Notes under the pieces: model-generated
Database searches by the model: none
The model's input: the letters and a program-made list of their open reading frames with translations, nothing else
What the model was told of the DNA's origin: nothing
In this document: positions 25,576-41,068 of the stretch, piece after piece
Numbering within the stretch: the stretch's first letter is position 1
Layout of the letters: each line of letters begins with the position of its first letter
DNA from: Eledone cirrhosa
Lineage: Eukaryota
DNA: 64,000 nt
Direction: 5' to 3'
NCBI GenBank assembly: GCA_964016885.1
Contig: OZ024740.1
Coordinates: forward strand, 176,638,001 to 176,702,000
Made by a program: the position numbers and the translations under genes

Positions 25576-25639
25576 TATATATATATGCATGTGTGTGCGT
25601 GCGTGTGTGTATGTGTGTGTTTGTGTGTATGCATATATG

Positions 25640-25925
25640 TAAAAGGCAAAAATAAAAAAAAATAATAAAGCGAACGACACCGTAGAATGAAGGAAAACAT
25701 ACAAATATATGTATATAGAGACAGATTAAGAACAGAAAGACGATGAGTCACAATATAGAACAGGTAGTCACTGAAAAGGCCACAGAATGTGTGCCGAAAA
25801 TTTGTTGACGAACTAACGATTAACGAGTAATAATGATAAAGTGAAAAAGTGAAAAGACTTTTATGCTACATTTTTCCTTTTATTGGCAATACTAGCAACA
25901 TAACCTTCCCCAAATATAACAATAT
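25640..25925 (+). mobile_element. Family D-related fragment with mutated hammerhead (25767-25809)
   Basis: GTCA-CTGAAAA-GGCCACA gaatg TGTGCC-GAAA...TGAC; ends ...ccttccccaaatataacaata. Confidence 0.55.
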
Positions 25926-25927
25926 AT

Positions 25928-26001
<74 letters not shown>

Positions 26002-26086
26002 ATATATATCGTATTAAATATATTCATCGTTTTATCTTATTGTATACACTCTGCTTGTTTATGGAGTGCTCATACTGGTATCATCA

Positions 26087-26118
<32 letters not shown>

Positions 26119-26638
26119 CGTATGAGTGTGCGTGTAAAATATGATAATATTTGAAACATTAAAACCTCAATAGATTGAGCTCTCAATACTGGTGGCGAGA
26201 GTGTAAATTTTATTTTCTAAGTAGAAAAAGGGCAACGACTTCAGAGTTTCAGCTTGTTCGCTTCGTAGAGGTGTAAATGCCAGTATAGCTACAGTGTTGT
26301 CTTTCCTCATCCCCTTCCTCGTCCTCATCCACCTCATGCTCATCATCATCATCATCATAACCTTAATCATTGTCATCATCGTCGTCGCTTTTGTTGTTGT
26401 TGGTAAATACGGCTCTGTAGGTGGCCGACACTCGACTTCTATTGTTTCATTAAATCTCATGCTGTGGGATGTCGCTGGGAAACACAGTCGTGATGCTGAG
26501 TCTGTCATGTTACAGAAAACCTACCGGAAGGAAATGGAGAATTTGTGAGGAAAGAGTGGATGTGGGAGAATCGAAGCGGGAATGGGCGTCTGTGAGTGAC
26601 ATGCATTTATGTGTGCTTATCTTTATATATATATATAT

Positions 26639-26812
<174 letters not shown>

Positions 26813-27094
26813 GGGGGGAGAGAGGGGTAGGCTTAGATAGTTGTGAGGGAGAAGTAAGATATTTGGTGAATTAGAAAGTAGGAAATGATGCACGAACACC
26901 GAAACAAACGTCGTCTAAATATATATAAGAGGATCATAAAGATGATGATGATGACAATGATATTAAGAATGATAGTTATGATGGCGTCGTTAGAGAACGT
27001 TAACGAAAGTGATTTAGAGAATAAAAATGATATGTATATACAAAATTATAACAACCACAATTATAATAAAGATAGTATTTATATATAATATTTA

Positions 27095-27955
27095 AATAAT
27101 TGTTTCTACTTTTGGCACAAGGCCATTAATTACACAGTACATTACTGGTACTTTATTTTATCGACCCCGTAAGGATGAAAGGCAAAGTTAACCTCGGCGG
27201 GATTTGAACTCAGACCGCAAAGGGACGTAACTATGCTGGAAAGCATGGCGTCCGACCCTCTACCAATACTGCCAATCCTTAAATAATATTAGTAATAATG
27301 ATTTCTACGATAGGCACAAGGCCAGCAACTGGTGGTGGTGGTGGGGGGGGGGGGGGGGTAAATCGACCACCAGTGTACTACTGGTACTTTGGTTAAAATG
27401 AAAGGCGAAGCTAACTTCAGCGAGCTTTTCACTCAGAACGTAAAGAGCCGCAACACTATGCCACAAAGCAAGGTGTTCAAAGCTCTAGGAATACTGCCAA
27501 TCCACCGCCCTAATAATACTAATAATTGTTTCTACTTTAGGCAGAAGGCCAGCAATTACCCAGTGCATTACTGGTACTTTATTTTATCGATCCCATAAGG
27601 ATGAAAGGCAAAGTTAACCTCGGCGGGATTTGAACTCAGAATGGCAAGAGCCGTAACTCTATGCGTCAAAGCATGGCGGCTGACCCTCTACCGATACTGC
27701 CAATGCACCGCGATAATAATAATCCACCTAATAATACTAATAATGATTTCTACTTTAGGCACAAGGGCAGTAACTGGGGGTGGGGGAGTCGAATATATCG
27801 ACTCCAGTGCATTACTGGTACTTTATTTTATCGAGCCCGTAAGGATGAAAGGCAAAGCTAAATTCGGCGGGATTTGAACTCAGAACGTAAATGGACATTA
27901 CTCTCTGCTTTAAAGCATGGATTTCGACGCTCTACCGATACTGCCAATCCATCGC
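27095..27955 (-). mobile_element. Head-to-tail cluster of four S1-type SINEs
   Basis: Copies at ~27095-27278, 27291-27510, 27518-27710, 27738-27955 separated by (AAT)-rich tails. Confidence 0.85.
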
Positions 27956-29944
27956 GCTAATAATAACAATAATAATAATTATAATAATGATCATGATTTC
28001 ATTCATTAGCCACAAGGGCCGACATATAGGGAACAATACAAAGACAGTGACAGTGAAGGTTTACAATACAATTGAGTAAAAATATATTATACAATAAGGA
28101 AAACAATTAACAATGAAAAAAATATAAATAATAAAGCTGATAATAATAAAGATAATAAAGATAATATTTCTTGTATTGGCCGTAAGGACGTAAGACGTAG
28201 GGAAGAGTATAAATGGTGAGATACAATAGAAATCAGCACACAAGAAACAGTAGACGGGCATTGACATAGGGTAAAAAGGTTGAGATCAACGATAACAATA
28301 AACATTCATTAATAGATAGATAATAATAGATAGCAATAACAATACAGATGAAAATAATAAAAATAAGATCCTTAAAATGGGGTAGGGGAAACCACATAGG
28401 GTGATTCGCAACACCCGCCATAAATGACTAAAGACTAGGCCACGTCTCATCTCCCATGTAAAAAAGAAAAAAAGCGAAAAGGGCAAAAGAATGAATTTTG
28501 CCTTCATTTGACATAAGATCATCAGAAAATAAATCCATAAATAAATAAATATATGAGAAAACAATAAAAAAGGAAGAAGAGAAACAACAAAAGCAACAAT
28601 AAAAATTGCGACAACATCAGTTACAACAACAACAACAGTAAGAGAATATTAATAAAAGAACAATTAGGAAACCGGCGGTGGTAATTATAACAAATTAATT
28701 GCATTGTAGTTGTAGTTGTTTTTGTTGTTGGTAGTGATGTTGGTGTCGTTGTTAGCGTCGATTTTCTTGTTTCTGTTGATATTTTTTAAATTGTTTTAGT
28801 TGTTGTAGTAGCTGTTGATATTGTCTTTGTTATTATTATTGTTATTGCTAACATTTATTGTTTAACCCCGGGTCAGTTATGATAAAATGTTTTCCAGCCA
28901 TGACCACCATGTCTTTTTGTTTTTTCAAGGGTTGTATTTATCTATGACTACCTAGTTGGACATATCATCCTTTTTCTTCGCTTTAAAGATGAGTAATTTG
29001 GCTGCTATATCTGGTAGGTGAAGTGACCAGGTAAGGGCTACCGCGTTGTGTATTATTATTGTTGTTGCTGTTGTTTTTATTGCTGCTGGGTTTGGTGTGG
29101 AGAGAGGGCTAATCAAAAACAACATCAACATTAATAATAACAAGAGCAACAACAATAATTAATAGCAACTTAATGTAGGACGGCTGGTTGGTACAATAAA
29201 TTTGTCGGAAGATCACTTTTCGTAAAAAAAGATAATAGAAAGAAATATAAAGGGGAAACAGAAAGAGAGACAGAGAGAGGGGGAGAGAGAGCGGTGGTGA
29301 GGGACAGAGAGACATAGAGGGTCAAAAGAGAAAGGAAGTGGGGAAGAAGAGGACGGTTGGTGTTTGTGGGTTGGCGACTAAGTTTGTTATTTGTTCTTAG
29401 TATTTGTTCTTAGTTGTGAGTAATATGAAATGTTATATTCATAATATATATATGTATATATATATATATATGTTTGTGTGTGTGTGTGCGTGCGTGCGCT
29501 TGCGTGCGTGTCTGTGTTTCTGTGCGTGTGTCTCTGTGTATATGTGTGTGTAAAAATATATATATGTTCCTTTATGGTCTTCGTGTAATGGGATTCAAAC
29601 AAGGACGAGAACTCCTATAGATTGAACTCAATTTTAGACAATGCAATGGAAATAGATATTGTCTATAAGTCAACATTCTGAGAAGAACGGACATATTTCG
29701 CTCTTAGTAGATCTTGGCAGCAACGTATTGTTGTATAAGCAGCATACATATATACATACAAACAGACGTTTATACATACATACATACACAAATATATATA
29801 TACATATATACGTACGAACATTCACGCACCTGCATAGAGGACGTTTGCACGAATTTAGTAAAAGATGCATAAATCATGAAAGAAGAGATTTATTTGAGAA
29901 AAAATACGTTTGAAAAATCTTCAGTTTTTTTGCAACGCATCAAC

Positions 29945-30230
29945 TCAATGCATCCGCCGTTAGCATCGATGACTGCTTCAACACGAGGTCTGAAACTCTG
30001 AAACGTTGACAAGCCCGGTTCTAATGATCTGTATTTTTTTTGGACAGCAAGCTAGTTATGGGGAATTTCATAGATTTTATTATATTATGGAGGCGTTGAT
30101 TGACTTCCCTCTCGATTACGTCCCATACGTAGTTGTCCAACGGATTCAAGTCTGGAGAGATATTAGGCAATATGATTAGGGTGAAGTGATCGTAGATATT
30201 TATCTCATCTATTCTTGAGTCGTTTTGGCC
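29945..30230 (-). mobile_element. Tc1/mariner transposase C-terminal fragment
   Basis: PNISPDLNPLDNYVWDVIER ... FRPRVEAVIDANGGCIE. Confidence 0.8.
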
Positions 30231-30319
30231 TTACATAAATACATACATATGTATGAAACTCCGTGAAGCTGCAGCAAATATTTCTATTTTTAAAAATATG
30301 TATGTATGTATGTATGTAG

Positions 30320-31320
30320 GTTTAGTGGGGAATTTTATTTCTAGATTCCACCAGCTTTCCGGTGAGCCATCAGTCTTATCATATTCATCCCTATTTCATT
30401 TTGTTTCCATCTTCCGTAATGCATTCCAGATCGTTTTAGCTACCACACTATGCCTCATGGGGAGGTAACAACGAGAATACTTTATTTCGTAGTTGGTAAT
30501 AATGTGGCTAACATCTTCAGTCTTTCTATTGCACAGCCTACATTTATTGTCAACTGATGACCGTCATCTTTTGTTTAGTGGGTACTTGGTGGGGAATTTT
30601 TGTTTGGGATTTCATGAAGTTATCGTTCAAGGTGGGTGTTATGTACTTGTCCAAACTCCATGTCAGGCTTTTACTATGGTTTATGCCCTTTATGGCCTGT
30701 GTTTTTCGACTCAAGTATCCATGTACAACCTTCACAGTGAAATGGTCCATTGTTTAAAATGTTATTTAAGCATTAAGTAGAGTCTTCTAATCTTCCTAGG
30801 AGAGAGATCTGTATCAGGTTTTATTTCATGTCTCGCTTCTAGATCTGTTCTTAACCGAATAATATTGGATTGGCAATATCGGTAGAATATCGGACACCAT
30901 GATTTTCAGCATAGAGTTATGGCCCTTTACATTCTCAGTTCAAATCCTGCCGAGATTAACTTTGCCTTTCACCTTTACGGGGTCGGTAAAATAATGCACC
31001 AGTAATGCACTGGGTAATTGTTGGCCTTGTGCCAAAAGTAGAAACAATTATTATTTCCATGCTCATAAACCTGGGTAAGATAGCTACTGATCTTTTTCAT
31101 CTTTGAAGATGTTGTCAATATGGATTTTAGGCTTGGCTATCCTCCTTGCATGAGAAATATAGCCTATCCACATAACCACTGATGTTAAAGTTTCCAGTAA
31201 CACCTATCAGCTTACGAGTCTTTAAATCTATTTCGCTCAATTCTTGCAATGACTAGTTCAGCAGGCCAAATTTTGGCGTTAGGCTAGGTACAGCAAAAGT
31301 ATTATGAGTAATATGCTTTT
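30320..31320 (-). mobile_element. R4/Dong-clade LINE fragment (RT C-terminus and CCHC finger), interrupted by a SINE
   Basis: HNTFAVPSLTPKFG..ELSEIDLKTRKL..VDRLY; CRLCNRKTEDVSHII..YLPMRHSVVAKTIWN. Confidence 0.8.
30867..31054 (+). mobile_element. tRNA-derived SINE S1 nested in R4/Dong
   Basis: A and B boxes plus core. Confidence 0.9.
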
Positions 31321-31379
31321 TGTTTGCTTGTATGTTTGCTTGCTTGTTTGTTTGTATGTATGTCGGGTCACACTTGACT

Positions 31380-31990
31380 GCTACTGGTAACATGGAACCC
31401 AGTACAACCTGTCGCAAGGTCGGGTCGTCGGCGACTAAATCGGCAACCCCACCAAGTTTACTTGGTTAGGAGGTTGATTTTGGATACCTTGAAGGACAAA
31501 AAACAAAACCTGACAAAGGGCGGAAGAACTCATAAGAGTCAACGGCCATCCAAGAATATGTAAACATGTATATACATGTATGCATGTGCATATATATATA
31601 TATGTGTGTGTATATATATATGTATATATATGTACATACATGTATGCATGTTTATATGTGTATATATATATATATGTATATATGTATATATGTATATATG
31701 TATACATGTATGCATGTGTATGCATATGCACGGGGACATAGAATAATCGGGGTGGATACCCGATCGCGTGTTTAAACCACTGGGAGTGAAGGACCCCTAG
31801 CCTTTGTCAGGGCATTCTTCTAAGAGAAGGCAACTCGGGAAACTGGGATAACGCCGACATAAAACTTGCGGTTCAGTAGTTACCGATGATGTTGATCTTT
31901 TCTTCTTTTCGGGTTATAGCTACTGTCGCTCAGAGAGTGGGATTGGCTCAGTGCACAGTCTTTCCTCACTTAAAAAAAAAAAGAATCTTC
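31380..31990 (+). mobile_element. Structured GC-richer repeat, probably a LINE (RTE-type) 5' region, split by a (TA)n tract
   Basis: Shares gcgga(a/t)gaactc..agagtcaacggccatcca and a hairpin with 36720-37090. Confidence 0.45.
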
Positions 31991-32360
31991 ACGTACAGGC
32001 ATTGTACGATAGCTTGTACACAGGCATTATACGATAATTGATAGTTATTAATAATGTTATATCGTGCAATAGCCATACTCGATAACGAGGCGGCAGTCAT
32101 CATGTATGTATGTATGTATGTATGTATGTATGTATGTATGTATGTATGTATGTATGTATGTATGTATTCGTGAATGCCTGTAAGATTGGAGTGCTATATT
32201 CTGGAAAGAGGGGAAGGGGGAAGTTTGGGGACAAGGATGGAGTTGTAGGAATATGCAGTGTAATATATATGAAGATAAAGAAGGACAGGTAGATAGATAG
32301 ATAAAGTGTGTGTGTGCATGCGCGCATGTGTGTGTGTGTACGTGTATGTTTTTGTGTATA

Positions 32361-32401
<41 letters not shown>

Positions 32402-32481
32402 GAGAGCGAGAGGGGGGGGGGAGAGACAGTGACAGAAAAAGAGAGCGAGAGATAGTGAAGGAGATAGATAGATAGATAGAT

Positions 32482-32544
<63 letters not shown>

Positions 32545-32620
32545 TGAGGGAGGAGAGAGAGGGGGGTAGAGGGAGAGAGAGAGAGACAGTGACAGAAAAA
32601 GAGAGCGAGAGAGAGTGAGT

Positions 32621-32688
<68 letters not shown>

Positions 32689-33016
32689 AGCAAATGAGGG
32701 GGAAAGAAGCAGGGAGGTGGCACAGACTACTTGGCCTCATGCAGTGTAATAGAGAGCTAATTATATTTACATTGATCTGTGTGTGTTTGTGTTTGCTTTA
32801 CTCTAAACAGCCATTAAATAGCTTTATTGAAATCACTGAAAAATACACAACAATCATTAGCTGACGTATATTTATTAATATATTCTGTTCCTTTGACATT
32901 ATCTTTCTTTCGCTTCTTTTTTCTTTCTTTTTATTCTTTTATAGTTATATATTAATTAACAATGAACTATTAAGCCACCATCTTCCGATATCGCCCCTCT
33001 GCTCTCTTTTATGTTG

Positions 33017-33084
<68 letters not shown>

Positions 33085-34688
33085 ATTCAAAGACAGTAAA
33101 GTGTACAACAGATTAATTGATGCCACCAGATCGATGATGGCAGGTTTGATAAACGTTTATTTATTAACACACACAAACACGTGCGCGCGCGTACACACAA
33201 GCATGCACATACACATAAACACACACAAACAAACACACACAAACACGCACACAAACATGCACATACATATAAACACACACACAAACACGCACATACACAC
33301 ACATACATACACAAAAACACACACACATACATACACAAAAACATACACACAGACACACACATATATAAGAGAAGCACCATATATATATATATGACCACCA
33401 AAAATATACCTACCTCTGTTCATTTACATATTTATTTTTCTACCTTCCCGCTGTTTATCAGTTTATTTGGTTGATTGATCACATAACTATTTGCCGCTCT
33501 AGTTGGTATCTCAAAGAAACCGACTGGGTATAGTAAAGTACTAAGTACTATCGCTTTTTTAATCATTAATTTAAAAAGAAACACTTAGCCACGAGGCAGT
33601 GCAATGCCTCTCCATCGAATACCCTTGAGGCAAATATAAGATTTGTGGCATTTGTGCCTGCTTCTGAGTAAAGAGGTTAACTTTGCCTTTCACCCTTACG
33701 GTGTCGATAAAATAAAGTACCAGTAATGCACTGGGTCTATTTCATCGACTTTCCCCTCCCCGAAACTTGTTGGCCTTGTGGTTTATATTTAAATCAATGA
33801 TTTTTTAAACAGTGTTCGTGAAGATTTAGGGTCCGAAATTAGTGGGAATGACGAAGAAATTTATTATTTTTTCAAACCGGAGAACTGGCCTGATTACTTG
33901 CAACAAAACTGTTTCCACGAAAGGCACATCACGGTCAGGTGGTTGTGTTAAAATGATGAAGTCCACCCCATAAGTTAGCCAAAGTAGAATTTGAACTTTG
34001 AACGCAAAGAACCTGAAGAAATACTACAAGATTTTCTAACGTTTCCTCTAGTCCGTCACCCTATCTTGGTATTTTATATGCCGAGCCTTGAAAGATGTAA
34101 GGCAATGTTAACCTTGGTGGGATTTGATCTCAGAACACAAAGAATAGGAAAAAAATACCGCAAGGCATTTCGTCCGACACTAATAATTCTGCAATTTTTC
34201 TGCCAATTTCAAAATCGAATAAAAAAATATGTTCTTGTTTTCCTTTCTCTCCTTCTCTCTTTCTCCCTTCTCTCCTTTTTCCCATCCTTCTTTCTTTCTC
34301 ATTTTTGTTCTGTCTCCCTCTCTCTCATACTCTCTTCGTCTCCTCTCTTTCTCTCTCTCTTTCTGTCTTACGCTTTCTTGGTAGTTGCTATAACTACCAT
34401 ATTACAGTGGACAGTTAGTAAAGGCTAGTTAGTTGCCGATGAAACCTCAATAGAGACTGAAATTGGACCAACTGATCCATATTTTCTGCTCATAACGAGA
34501 TTGTAAATGAACTAATACATTTGTAACTTACTGATGAAACGAACTGCCACATATGCGTCATTTATGCAAATCGGTGTATTTCAGTTAACTTAATCTATAG
34601 ATATAGTGTTGCTCAGAATCTGTAAGTTTATTCTACAGTACATTATAACAAAAAAAACAAAAACAACCAACACTGCAAAGGTGCTAGT

Positions 34689-34736
<48 letters not shown>

Positions 34737-35291
34737 CATATATATATATATAAACATGCACACATATATATGTTTGCGTAAATATATATGTAAATGTGTG
34801 TTTGTGTGTGTGTGTGGATTGTGTGTGTGTGTATGTTTGCATGTGAGTTTGCGTGTGTATGGGTGTATGTGCATGTCTGTGTGATTTTTATAATTTTTAT
34901 TGAATATTTTTCAAATGTTATTATAGGTAATTTATGATTAGTTCGAACTAATATCGGTTTTTAATCGATTATTTCATAAAGGTTTCAATACCTGAACATA
35001 ACCATCAGAATGAAATGACGGTAATAAATGCAACAAGACAAAATTATTATAGGGATACTAACATAAACGTCAACGCCGGATTAAATAATTATCTAAAGGT
35101 TATGTACAGATAGATTTCATGGTTCGCTTTACGTGTGCTGTATATGCGTGTGGAAGATTAGTTTGTTATGTCTCACTATCTTGCAGTTTTGGTGGTCTTG
35201 TTCACACCAGTCAACAATTTGGCACTTTTCTCAGATTCGTCCTCTCAAGGAAGCCTGCGGAGAACACTGTACTTGTTACTGCATTCCACTG

Positions 35292-35968
35292 AGGTAGTTG
35301 AAGAAGTTCACGAATCTCGGGGCCGTGTTCACAAGTGATGGAAGACAAGAGGCTGGATTATGTGCAAGAATTGCAGGAGCTGGCGCAGTAATGCATCAGC
35401 TATAGTATTCGGTCATCTGAAGAAGGAAGGTAGGTATAAAAGCCAAACTCGCTATCTACAATTCGCTATTCGCGCCAACACTCATCTATGGTCATGAATC
35501 TTGGATAATAACCGAAAGAATACGATCGCGAAAACAAGTGGCCGAAATGAGGTTTCTGCGAAGGGTCTCAGCAGTAACTTTACTCGAAAGAGTACGTAGC
35601 TCGGAAATCAGAGAGTCACTCCCTGTAGAGCTGCTACTTCTCCGAATTGAGAGATCACAGCGCTGATACTATGGGCATGTTGTTAGAATGTCTCAGGAAA
35701 GAATCGCTGGTCAGATTTTACGGGCAAACCAACCGGTAGGAGATTCAGGTGTAGATCCCGAGCAAGATGATTGAATAACATCTATGAGCTTGACTGGTCT
35801 CCCTTGGGATCCAGCCGGGTCAATTGGAGGCGGTTGCTTCTGACAGGACCCGCTGGAAGGAGGGTTTGAGGACTCTTCCTCCACAACTCTTTCAAGAAGA
35901 AGAAGAAGAAGAAGAAGAAGAAGAAGAAGAAGAAGAAGAAGAAGAAGAAGAAGAAGAAGAAGAAGAAG

Positions 35969-35998
<30 letters not shown>
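35292..35998 (+). mobile_element. RTE-clade LINE 3' fragment with (GAA)n tail
   Basis: KFTNLGAVFTSDG..AKLAIYNSLFAPTLIYGHESW..EMRFLRRV..YGHVVRM; tail 35894-35998. Confidence 0.9.
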
Positions 35999-35999
<1 letters not shown>

Positions 36000-36719
36000 T
36001 TAGTTTGTATTTAGTTATTAGTAAAGTTTCACTGATTAGACTTCTCAGTTTCTGTGAAATTCTATATATATAGACAGTAGTCAACTACTGTTAAACTATT
36101 TAATTTTTTTTCGTTTACATTATTATAATGGAAGACAACGAATTGGTAGTATCGTTCAAACCTCAGCTAGAATGCTATGCACAAGTCGTTCCGCTTCACG
36201 GCGTTTTGAATTCAACTCATACCCGTCAACTTTGCCTTTTATCCTATCGAGAAATCGGTGCACCTGCTAAATTATCAGGAGTTACGGGTCCATACATGCA
36301 TAAATATTATATTGTGTTATGACGAATTTTGGTTGCAAATGAATTGACAACGGACGCGAAAGTTTTGTGCTTTTGTGTTTGATATAATGGTTTGAGTAAT
36401 GAAGTTTATTACTAAGCTGTTTACCCTCAAATTCGCATATTACACTGGTTATCTGGAATATGTTATACGGTGTGATAGATTGTGGATTTGTGTTGATAGA
36501 GAGCTGCCAAACTCTAAACACCCATGAAAAATGTGCCCCAAAACGGGGAAAAATGAGACAAAATGAGAAGATTTTACATAATGAAAGCTAGACCCATTTT
36601 CACAAGAGAAGACATCTCTTACCCACCCCAAAGTAGGTGGGAGATCTGATCTCCCAGTCGGATGGGGAGAGTTGGCAGGTCTGTGACAGGATTGTTCATT
36701 CTCTGTGGTTTTGTAATAT

Positions 36720-37090
36720 ACTCTATCATTTGCTTTTCCGTATGACACAAGTTCTATTCTATCCAATGCAATCTAAGGCCTTCTCGTTCCTATTGGAGGA
36801 ACCCCTCCCTGGTAAACCCCCACAGCTTTCTGTTTGGTTTTGGTCATGTCGGGAGAGTAGCCGTACTCACCACGCTTGGCCAATTGCAGTTTGATGAAGT
36901 TATTTAACCCATAGTTGGGGTGGATGGCCGTTGACTCTGAGGAGTTCATCCGCTCTTTTAACAACTCTTTTTGTGCTGGGAGTTCCACTTACCCTCCTCA
37001 CCAGACCATGATCTGGTGAGGAAGCCATTTTGGTTGCTAACCATTTAACCATGACGCAGTTTGTACTGTGTTACTTGGCACCAGCAGAAG
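36720..37090 (-). mobile_element. Relative of the 31380-31990 structured repeat
   Basis: Local homology and a compensated hairpin accaga/tctggt versus accaag/cttggt. Confidence 0.45.
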
Positions 37091-37099
37091 CCTGACCTA

Positions 37100-37480
37100 A
37101 TATAGTTCTGTTCTAATTAAATATTAATCTATTCTGTATCCAAGGTGCATTAGAGATTTTACTACACATATTAGGACCCTCAATGTTTCTGTGCATGTAT
37201 AGATATTTGTGTGTGTGTGTGTGTGATTTTATTTATTTTTTTGACGGGGGTGTGTATACTTAAGTACGATATGTGATGTTCGTTGTACCTACATTAATAT
37301 CTAAGAACAGGGTGTTGATATGGTCTATGTCGGTTAGTAAATGTAAGGATGGAATTGTTTTCAAGATCATCCTTAAGTCTATAAGCCTTTTTATCCGTAT
37401 CTATCTCAATATATATGTTACCAACACACCTTGTACCGATAATACGGTTAGAGCAGGGAAACAGCACGAATAGGCAGGTG
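37100..37480 (-). mobile_element. Decayed Penelope-like RT fragment (Naiad/Chlamys-like)
   Basis: TRCVGNIYIEIDTDKKAYRLKDDLENNSILTFT ... LFLDINV resembles RYVDDIF...LK..FE.NS.L.FT.E...LPFLDV. Confidence 0.6.
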
Positions 37481-37692
37481 GCAATCGTGATTAATGAGAA
37501 TGTTCTCGTGGTTATGGAGTCTTTCCATAAGCATTGTAAAGCGGTTTATAACAATATAGGTATAGGATCAAATGATGAGTTCTTGATTAAGCTGAAACGT
37601 CTAAAAGAGGCTTAAACTATGTATCTTATATAAGTCCTTCTTTGGGAAATGGAGAGTTCGGAGAGTTCGGAGAGAGAAAGGGTTGGAACAAC

Positions 37693-37750
<58 letters not shown>

Positions 37751-37752
<2 letters not shown>

Positions 37753-37911
37753 CGTTTCTGAATTTGTTTAGCAAGATTCTTTATCTGAAAACGTATGTTG
37801 AAACCGATATTGTTATACTTTGGGAGGGTCGTGTTGCCAATAAGAAACACACGCACCACTGGTGCGTGTGTTTCTTATTGGCAACATGACCCTCCCAAAG
37901 TATAACAATAT
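37751..37911 (-). mobile_element. Family D mini-copy: tail plus near-perfect 52-bp-arm hairpin, in (TA)n
   Basis: Arms 37807-37858 and 37860-37911; same termini as 15326-16125. Confidence 0.9.
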
Positions 37912-37922
37912 ATATATATATA

Positions 37923-39693
<1,771 letters not shown>

Positions 39694-39845
39694 GTATATA
39701 TGAAACTAATAAGCCCTTGTGTTATTGTATCTCTGTGTTGGTTTTGTCTATTCTTGAAGTATATATATAATTACAATTAATCCATATGAATTTGTTGAGC
39801 AAATTGTAAACAAGATCGAAATCCCTGGATATCCATCTAAACCCT

Positions 39846-40060
39846 TTGGAAGTATCGGTAGAGCGTCTGACACCATGCTTTGCAGCATAGAGTTACGGCC
39901 CTTTACGGTCTGAGTTCAAATCCCGCCGAGGTTAACTTTTCCTTTCATCCTTACGGGGTCGATAAAATAAAGTACCAGTCACGCACTGGGGTCGATTTAA
40001 TCGACTTTCCCCTCCTCCCAAATTACTGGTCTTGTGCCTATACTAGAAATCATTATTATA
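39846..40060 (+). mobile_element. tRNA-derived SINE S1
   Basis: B box and core. Confidence 0.9.
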
Positions 40061-40232
40061 ATTAACGTTTTCTTAATTATGGTCGTGTGCTCCATATTGG
40101 TGAAGTTATTCTGCTGTCATTTGCTGACTGACTAGTAGTTCATGCCACACGTGGGTTATCGGTACCGATTTGAAAATTTCACAAGTTTCTCACAAAGGGT
40201 CATCAGATAAGACTATTTAGCCATAATAAATG

Positions 40233-40275
<43 letters not shown>

Positions 40276-40288
40276 TTATATATATATA

Positions 40289-40441
40289 GTAAAAATAACT
40301 ATGAAGACTTAAATCAAAAGAGGGCTCGATGAGGAGTATATATATAAAATGTATATATAAAACTGGTAGAGCAAATATTTATTATTTGTACAGATTAAGC
40401 AAACAATCACTGCTTTCACTCTTTTACGGGATCTTCTGAAG

Positions 40442-40444
<3 letters not shown>
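40289..40444 (-). mobile_element. Family E copy with a second CAGAAGA hammerhead-like core
   Basis: Minus strand CAGAAGA-tcccgtaaaagagt-GAAAGCAG..TTGCTT. Confidence 0.7.
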
Positions 40445-40481
<37 letters not shown>

Positions 40482-40483
<2 letters not shown>

Positions 40484-40667
40484 AAAATGTAAGACCCCGT
40501 CGGCAGAGCACAATCCGTTTCGACGGCTATTTCTGGAGTCCAGAAATAGCCGTCGAAACGCCCTGCTGTCGGAGTCTTACATTTTCCTATTACCCACTCT
40601 ACTACCATAAGTATTGAGTACTCTGGTGCGTGATGGTCCATCTGGTTCCTTACCACACCTCCTTCGT
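40482..40667 (+). mobile_element. Family F fold-back element in (TA)n
   Basis: Inverted arms, cgtCGAAAC motif, tail 40591-40667. Confidence 0.85.
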
Positions 40668-40716
40668 TATATATATATATACATACTCACACACACACAC
40701 ACACATATATATATGT

Positions 40717-40790
<74 letters not shown>

Positions 40791-40833
40791 ATGTGTGCAT
40801 ATGTATATATATATAATACACATATATATATAA

Positions 40834-41025
40834 TTAGTCACAACAGTGACATATACAGGTAAATATGTTCCGTTGGGTTATACACCCCAAGTCATTCAGC
40901 ATTATATCAAATAAAAATGAGGTTGGTGTGTATAACCTAACGAGACTTAGGTGAATGTATATGTCACTGTTGTAACTAACTGTACTTTACTCGTCCTATG
41001 GACTGAGTGCTCTTACTCTGGGTAT

Positions 41026-41027
<2 letters not shown>
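40834..41027 (+). mobile_element. Family I inverted-plus-tail element in (TA)n
   Basis: 40834-40897 is an inverted copy of ~40926-40979; ~48-nt tail; degenerate hammerhead-like remnants in the arms. Confidence 0.7.
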
Positions 41028-41068
<41 letters not shown>

